DNA of 57,786 nt, filler included, from Sphacelaria rigidula (taxonomy: Eukaryota): NCBI GenBank assembly GCA_964200075.2. It is 7 parts of 7 records of this genome, joined end to end, with 100 filler letters (N's around TTAATTAATTAA, not from the genome) between each part and the next. Parts side by side here need not be neighbours in the genome. Positions count along the whole stretch, not along the records: positions 49,618 to 57,786 come from CAXNAA020012050.1; 6 more parts are not named here. One strand, given 5' to 3'. The notes beneath the pieces were generated by a model. The model was not told where the DNA came from. It saw nothing but the letters and a program-made list of their open reading frames with translations, and did not search any database. A program made the translations under genes and the position numbers. Position 1 is the stretch's first letter; every line of letters starts with the position of its first letter. Shown here piece after piece: positions 50,540-57,786 of the stretch.

Positions 50540-50604
50540 TGCTTCGCCTCGAAATGAATGCGTGGTCAATGGTCAAACGACTAAGGCAAGCAACAAATGA
50601 GTAC
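50540..50604 (+). repeat. 65-nt repeat, full copy
   Basis: tgcttcgcctcgaaatgaatgcgtggtcaatggtcaaacgactaaggcaagcaacaaatgagtac. Confidence 0.85.
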
Positions 50605-51494
50605 GCCCTAGACCGAGTGATCTCGGTATGCCTTGGGTTTGGGTCAGGGTTAGGGCTAGTTCGAGGTGATATATTTCCGAGAGATTTTTTTGCCCAATCA
50701 CGTGGTACACTGACCTCAGTTCGGGTCCACAAAAAACTTCAAGATACATGGGACCTGCTTCAGCTTCACATGCACAAGCACAGAAACGTCGCTATCCAGG
50801 GCAACCTACGGACGGTCACCCACGAGTGAAAGCTCTCACCCAAGATTCCGCGCGTCCGAGAGATATCAGATCGGGGTTCTGCATTCCACAACTTTCGACA
50901 CCCTGGATAATCTTATTTCTGCTTTGCAAGAGATATTGAGGAAGGATTGGTATATGATGCGCGGCATGGGTTGGTCGACTGTGTGCTGCACAGCTATTGG
51001 CGCGTGGCGAAATGCTCTACAGTATGAAATACGCAAAAACGAAATACGAACTATCCGGATTCAGCGAAGAGTATGTGGCAGTTAGACATGAGCAATTGCA
51101 AATTTGCGCCCATCGCAATCTCCTCGACGAGAATTCGAGTCTCACGCGAATTCGGACTTCCTTATTAGCGGGTCGTGTCGGCAGCACATAAGTCATGTTC
51201 ATACACGAGAACATATATAATTTTAGGGAAGTGCGCGCCCCCTGAATTGCGACAAAAACTGACTCCACCACCCCTTCGTGAAGATTTTTAGAGTTGCGAT
51301 TCTGAGCAACTGTTGCTAACTGTCCACGCCCATCTGGTGCCCATCTGGTATCTACCTGGCGTTCATCCACGCCTACACATACCATTATTCGAAAAATCAC
51401 CGGAGAGTCAGCGCTCAAAGGTTTGTCAGTAAGTATTGGCGGTCAAAGGGTTTCTACCGAACGGTCGCTGACATGGGTAAAAAGGTGAGTGATT

Positions 51495-51720
51495 TCGATA
51501 TGATTGATTGTCGCACATTGACTGGTCCACTAGATCTCCGGCCGTGGTCACCCAAGGCAGACGGGCCGGAAGTCAACATGAGTGAAAACACTCGCCAAAG
51601 AACGCTTGAGAAAGAGAATGGAACGAAACTCAAGGAGAGGGCACGATTTACCTGAAGAAAGGAGAAGAAAGGACGGGAATGAAAGAAAGGGGCAGAGAAA
51701 AGAAATAACTTCAATATTTA
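51495..51720 (-). mobile_element. LINE 3'UTR remnant
   Basis: Minus strand ends gtgaccacggccggagatctagtggaccagtcaatgtgcgacaatcaatc. Confidence 0.5.
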
Positions 51721-52061
51721 GGATCGGTCCTGCTGAATAAAAAGAACCACACAGAGGGTGATCGGCCCCCGCCGTGTGGTTTGAGGTGAGGAATCCGTAC
51801 GGGATCAGTCGAAACACAACGGAAACTAACAGAGAGAATTAGGCCATGGACGCAGGCTGCGACTCAACTGATGGAGATCCACACTATTGGAACACAGGCT
51901 CTTACCCGCGAGCTTTGCAGGGGAAAGACGCAAATACTGCTACAACATTAACATCAAAACGATATGGAAAGGATACGCAGGAGAAGGAGGAGGAGAGAAA
52001 GAGAGAGAGAGGGAGAGAGCGGAAAAGAGAACGGAGGAAAAGAAACAGAAATTCACCAAAA

Positions 52062-52202
52062 GGGCCCTCATTGAAGGGGTTTTACTTTTCATACTATACA
52101 TCCATTTCCATCCATTCCCATTCCCATTTCACCATGAAATATATTTAAATGGATGAAAGTGGATGGAAATGGATGATAAATAAAGCCCGTTAACAAGGGC
52201 CC
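52062..52202. mobile_element. MITE family A
   Basis: TIRs gggccctcattgaaggggtttt / aaagcccgttaacaagggccc; interior is a near-palindrome of catcca/tggatg units. Confidence 0.75.
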
Positions 52203-54229
52203 TGAGAGAGCAACCCCTGTACAGAAGCACCATTAGTCAACGTCGGACCAGTTGCAAGAGAAGGAAATAAGTTAGCTACCAAGAGGATAGTACAGATATC
52301 ATACGGTTTCGCGTGAACAATATGGATATGAAACGCCCCACGAAAGATTAACCTCAGCACGTTGCCATCGGCTTCGGAGAAGGGCATACTGCTAGTACAG
52401 CTGGTCTATCTCTAAGGCACATTGATATTGACACTGTTTTCTCGGAGATGTTTGAAAATCTTCAGACATTTTGGACTCTGCCTTTAGACTTCTTCGAAAA
52501 AAAAGCGGCCTGATTTCTTTCTCCCAAGCTCAACTCTTTGGAAAATTCCAAACGATTCAAACTGGACCACATCACTTCGAGGGGTTGCCCTGTGAGTTCG
52601 CCGTGGCGCTCGCAAGCGCTTGAGAGTCGTCAGGAACCTTGCCTGTGACACCCCGGCCTATGTCGGAGAGTAAAAAGCGCTGTGGGCTGGCGGGAGTGGC
52701 GTCCTCCGGCCGGCGAAGGCGAGCCAACGACAAGATCAGCCTTGTACCCGTGATAAGATATCGAACGCCATCGGCAAACCTCGAAAAAACGCCATCTTCT
52801 GGGCCGTTTGGAGATCTCCGAAATTTGAGGACTTTTACAAAAAAAAAATAATGGACAGTAATGGGCGTAACTCTCTCTAGCTACGGTGAGAGGTATGTTG
52901 TCGTTGTTGTTGTTTTCCTCGCATTAAAGAATGTTCCGATGTCCGCGCAGTACTTGTATTTCCGTACTGGGCTTCCGATGCGGACGTCTTCCGAGGTCAC
53001 AGCCCAACTACCCAAACGAAGGTACAGGGAAAACTAAATGAATGTGGAGACCACATATGTATGAGCGTAATGAACATCCAAATACACATGTAAGCCGGAG
53101 AAACAGTCTCAGGAACGGGGTCCCCCAGTGACACACATGAGCGGACCCGAAACGTTCAAACCTGTGAAACTGGATTTGGGTAACCTAGGCAAACAGAATC
53201 GCCGGTACAAGAGTCCGAAACAATGGAGCCACCGCACAAACTCTGGTAGAACGTAGCGGGTACTACCGTACCACCTCGTTCACTTCTTCCCCTTGCCTAC
53301 CATCGGTCACGGCCGCATCCTCGCCTCAAGACAAGAGAGAAAATTACGCCTCGCTCTGGAGATCCTCCGGCAGCAGAGTACGACAACGTTCTTCTTCGGG
53401 ACCCGTAACTCTACTGCCTCGCCCCTATCAAAGCCTAGTTCACATTGAATTCAAATTCGAATCAAGAGAGGACTCAGAAAAAAATCACAAATGTGATACA
53501 AACAGAAAGAAAAACTGCTGTGCGCAAAACTCATTGCCCCCACGCGACACGCGAATGTCGTGAGGCGAAGAGGCGGTTGCAGCATCTCCTTCCCAGACTC
53601 GTAGAAAATTTGGCTATACCACACTGTTCTCTTGTTCGTGGGGGTCACTATGATGCTAGATTTGTTTTATTGGGTCGGTTTTGCGTTCTGCATGTAGTGG
53701 GGAATAAATCTTGGGTTTTCACCTTGTACCAGCCTGTAGCACGCAAGCAAACCAGGCAAATTTTGTAACTAGTTTTATTTCTAATTCTATCAAATACAAT
53801 TCTTCCGTAGCACTCGAAATTGCTAGAACCGATTGACGTTGGGAGAATAAGCAGGTCGTGCTCAGGACACAATCCCCGAGCAGGGGTTGCCGGGGTGATG
53901 CGGAGTAAGACATCATTTATCAGGAGGGTGTTATTGGACGTCATTGGCCCAAGAAACATAGTTTTTCGACTCTAGCCCAATGAACATGTGGAATTTCAGA
54001 ACAATTTCTTATTTGTTCACGAGAACGATCTTGATTGGTTCAATCAAGGATAAATATCGAATAGTCAGAACCTGGGGCTGTAAAACTCCGCAGGACCCCC
54101 GAGAACCGGTCATCTCGTACGTCGTTCACTCTCGGAATGTGAAGCGGATGCTAGTATCTGCCGATCCGTAAACTTTGGTATCAAACGCTCACTGTGATGA
54201 GTGGTGACATGCGAAATATCGCCAAAAAT

Positions 54230-55920
54230 ACCCAGTTACATGATTCCAAGCCCTGGACAATAGACGGCGTCTATTGCAATAGCAATAGAATCTGCCGCAG
54301 TAGATGCCAATATTGTCTTCCGCAATGGCTCTCGATCGACAAGTTTCTCCTCTATTGTCGTCGGCGATGTTCATCGATAGACCCCTTTTCTACACTACTC
54401 CCTGGGCGGAAGTTTATTGTGGCCCGACACCTGAAACTATCGCCACCGACCGAATATATCGATCGACAGCTTTCCAAATCTATTGATGACGGCAACGGCT
54501 ATCGATAGACTGTGTGCCAAATCTATCCATGGCAGCGAATGCTATTGATATATTGTGAAATAAATCTACTGATGACGGCAATCGCTGTTGATAGATTGGG
54601 TACACAATCCGTTGGTGCCGGCAATGGATATCGATAGATACATACCAGAATCCGCTGTGGTATGTCTACCGATTGATATTCTCTGTCGTCTATTGCCACA
54701 CCGCAACGCACTATGTACAGAGCATATACTTTGTTCAAGTACAGTAGAAAAGCCGCAGGTGAACATGAAGTGGAGACATGATACTCCTTGTGAAAATAGA
54801 GCATCACCATTTTGCAAACTCGAAACGGTTGTATGTATGTCGTACGGATCCGGAATATGTGTGGACAAACGTTTACGAGTTTCATTGTTGGTGTGGTGTT
54901 GGTACTCAGAGTTGTCCCTCTGATGAACATGAGCGCTTACAGTACTTTTCTGCGTGGGTAAGATGTGTTTATACCCTGAACAATAGACTGTAATAAAACA
55001 TTCCTGCTGCAATAGCCCCGAAAAATTGACTGTCAATCTTCATTGTCGGTCATATTCGACTGACATCTCTGACTATCGATAGCTATTGCAGGCAGCAAAA
55101 GATTCGGGACAAGGGACAGAATGTGTCATAGCCGTGACGATGGTGGGGTCAAGTTGTCCATCGATACATGTTCTTCGTCGCAATAAGCTCTGAATTGCGG
55201 CCACCAATCTCTATCGCTCATCACAGTAGGATCGACAACGCGGCCACAACTACATATTGTTGGCCGCAATAGGATCTAAAATGCGCCCATGAATGTCTAT
55301 TGCTGGTCACAATAGAATCTGAGTCGCGGCCACCAACGTCTATCACCGGTTACAATTCAATCTGAATAGCGGCCACCAATATCTATTGCTGGCCACAGTA
55401 GGAGTTGAATGGCGTCGATCACTAGCTATGTATGTACATTTTGTGGTGGATGTTTCTACCTTATTCCACAGAACGTATGGTCAGCCATCGCCTTAGGTAG
55501 CTGCGTGTTCATATGTGAGGGGTATTGTCGTTGATGCCATAAGACCACTGCAGTGAGCAATATATTTATCAAAACCTATCATTGCCGTCACCTTCTATCG
55601 ATAGATGCTCCATATTGTAGAACCATCGTTTGTTGACGGCAATGGCTACTGACAGATATCCAAAAATCCATTGTTGGCGGCAGAGGCTATCGATGGGTTG
55701 TTCACCAAATCTATTGATGACGGCAAAGGCTACTGATAGACGACTCACCAGGTATATTGATGGCGACAAATTTATCGAAATATGGCTCACCATATCTTTT
55801 GGTGACGGCGATTACTATCGATGTATGGCTCACCAAATCTTTGGATTACGGCAATGGCTATCGAAAAATATATTCCAGAATTCACTGCGGCACACGATGT
55901 CCATCGATGGCCAGTGGCGT
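54230..55920. repeat. Degenerate ~42-bp minisatellite blocks
   Basis: Units like aaatctattgatgacggcaacggctatcgatagactgtgtgcc at 54470-54700 and 55560-55920; a different ~42-bp unit (ggccaccaa..tctat.gctggccacaataggatctgaa) at 55160-55420. Confidence 0.7.
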
Positions 55921-55984
55921 TAACCAATTGTAAGTGCCCTTGAATATTGGTCACCTATTGCAACATCCATTGTCCCAAGCAATA

Positions 55985-56810
55985 CATGATCCGCACATCG
56001 TATTAATCGTCTCATCAAGGGGAAAGTGTCCATCTACTCAAAAGCCTGGGCCAATATGTTCTCGTTGATTAAAATCCATGTCTAGTAATTCCTATACCAT
56101 ACGGAAATAGCGTCCATACTAACATCTATATGAAACCCCGGACGATACCTTCAGCGAATGACGACGATTTTTGGTGTGGACACTTCTTGGGGCACGGGGA
56201 GAAGATAGATACCCCCACTTTCACCTGACTCGTTATCTATCTCAAGATATGGCGCACATAAGCTTCCATACAAAAATCGATATATTACGAGCAGAGGCAC
56301 TAAATGAACTATATCTGGATATCGCGTCTCAGTTTTCGAGAGTTGTGCTATGAAATTTCGTATGGAGGACCTCTAGCGCATAATAAAATAGAAAACACTT
56401 GAAAAAAACGTTTTGTATTCTTTCCCGTGCTTTCAAGGGAGTTTTGAGGGAACATAAATATTGCTCTTGAGCCGTATCTCGAGTTTTTAGCTCAATTGTT
56501 TGGGATTGTGATTTGAAATTTAGCGCGGAGAGCCACGGAGGCATGCTGAGTTAAAAAAACTGGGCCTTCAGTTTTTTTGGGAGGGGGAAAGGTTCGGGCG
56601 TTCTCGTAAAAAAATGGCCCTTATAATATTGAAATGCCCTAAACCAGTGAAACATATTAATGAATACCAACCTGACCCATTTTTCTTGAGTCATCATGAC
56701 CTAGCGAGGTCTTGCACAAAATTTCAATACACAAGCACCAAACGTGGGCCGGTAAGCGGCCTGCAAAATACTGTTCCGAATTTCCACCACCCGGTTTTTA
56801 AAAGGCCGGT
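55985..56810 (-). repeat. Family U, uninterrupted copy
   Basis: Reverse complement aligns to 8497-8920 followed by 9598-9940. Confidence 0.75.
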
Positions 56811-57016
56811 TCGCGGCTGGTTGGGTATATGTTGTGTAATACTGTCTACGGTTACCTCAGGCCATGTTTCCGGTGTGAGTGGTGTTCAGAGAGGAACGGT
56901 CACATACGAGAACCGCTCCCATGCATACTCCACCGCATGCTCCACTATCTCGACGCCATCGCCGTGACCAATCCCCCTCGATTTTTTCATCGCCGCCGTC
57001 ATCAACACCGACAAAA

Positions 57017-57035
57017 GCAAGCAACAAATGAGTAC
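57017..57035 (+). repeat. 65-nt repeat, terminal 19 nt only
   Basis: gcaagcaacaaatgagtac followed by gcccccacccccttccccc. Confidence 0.7.
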
Positions 57036-57786
57036 GCCCCCACCCCCTTCCCCCCTCGTCATGGGCGTTGTGCGTTTTCAGACGTCGTACTCCAACCGCC
57101 AGTGTTCAACTCCCCGTCCGCCATGGACTCCTCCATACCCCCCATTCAATATTCCAACACAGCTCCAGCTTGTACTTATTTCGCTCCCCATGAGCTCTAG
57201 ATTCAGAAGCCTCGAGTAGATTATAGAAACAGTCCATCTCCGTGCACAGGCAATCCGACGTCGGCTCGGAAAGCACCGATGATCGCTGCTCGCGACAGGT
57301 CTTCCTCGCTTGCCTTCCACCACTCCAACGCGGGAAAGACTCTGTGCGGCGCGACGTGGCGATACTGTGTGGCGGGGCGATGGTAGGTAGCACACAATCT
57401 GTCATGCGACACATGATCAATCTCACACCATTTACACAAGCCGGCACTCCAGGTACAGACCACCCCGCATTCACCCTTGCCACAGTACGGTCGCCTCTCG
57501 TGGCGATTAGTCGGAGCTAAGGTCGCTCTTCTACGACGCAGAGGCGAACAGTGCTGCCTTTCAGCGGGCGGAAAAGCTGCTGTGCTCTGCGTGATTCCGA
57601 TCACCCTGCGCCGCGACTGCCGCGTGCGGACGCCATTGACGTTGGTCTGCAGTATCGCCGGCGGCCGTCGCAATCTTGCTGGCGCGGACTCCGGCAGCAG
57701 GGGGGGGGGGGGGGGCATACCTCCCGATAGCGCCGGAAAGGGGGGGGCGTAGCCGCGCAGCATGACTGATCGGCATGAATCGAATG

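Noticed and set aside
50632..50660. Telomere-like gggtttgggtcagggttagggctag
   Set aside because: Only about four degenerate units, internal to the contig.
1..57786. CRISPR array, rRNA/tRNA genes, Fanzor/TnpB or integrated giant-virus genes
   Set aside because: No repeat-spacer array, cloverleaf, RuvC-like ORF or intronless viral gene block seen by eye; a profile search could still find decayed fragments.

Overview
Eukaryotic, intron-rich, transposon-dense DNA. The kb-scale GT-AG introns, a flagellar gene and the Copia/Gypsy/RTE content fit a stramenopile such as a brown alga (inference). The window is not one locus. It is seven ~8.17-kb contigs (1-8170, 8271-16440, 16541-24710, 24811-32979, 33080-41248, 41349-49517, 49618-57786) joined by artificial 100-bp N44-TTAATTAATTAA-N44 linkers, so no gene neighbourhood can be inferred across them. 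Almost none of the supplied ORFs are genes as listed. Three spliced gene fragments can be rebuilt by hand: an M32 (carboxypeptidase Taq-type) metallopeptidase (2 exons, +), a CFAP157-like flagellar coiled-coil protein (2 exons plus a possible 24-nt GC-AG micro-exon, -) and a protein kinase N-lobe (3 exons, +). The rest is decayed RTE LINEs, Copia and Gypsy remnants, at least five MITE families with definable TIRs, degenerate satellites and unclassified dispersed repeats. I found no clear-cut novel multi-gene system. The least explained signal is a 65-nt repeat present in five contigs. It is anchored at one fixed end next to C-tracts and shares that end with a ~290-nt partner family.
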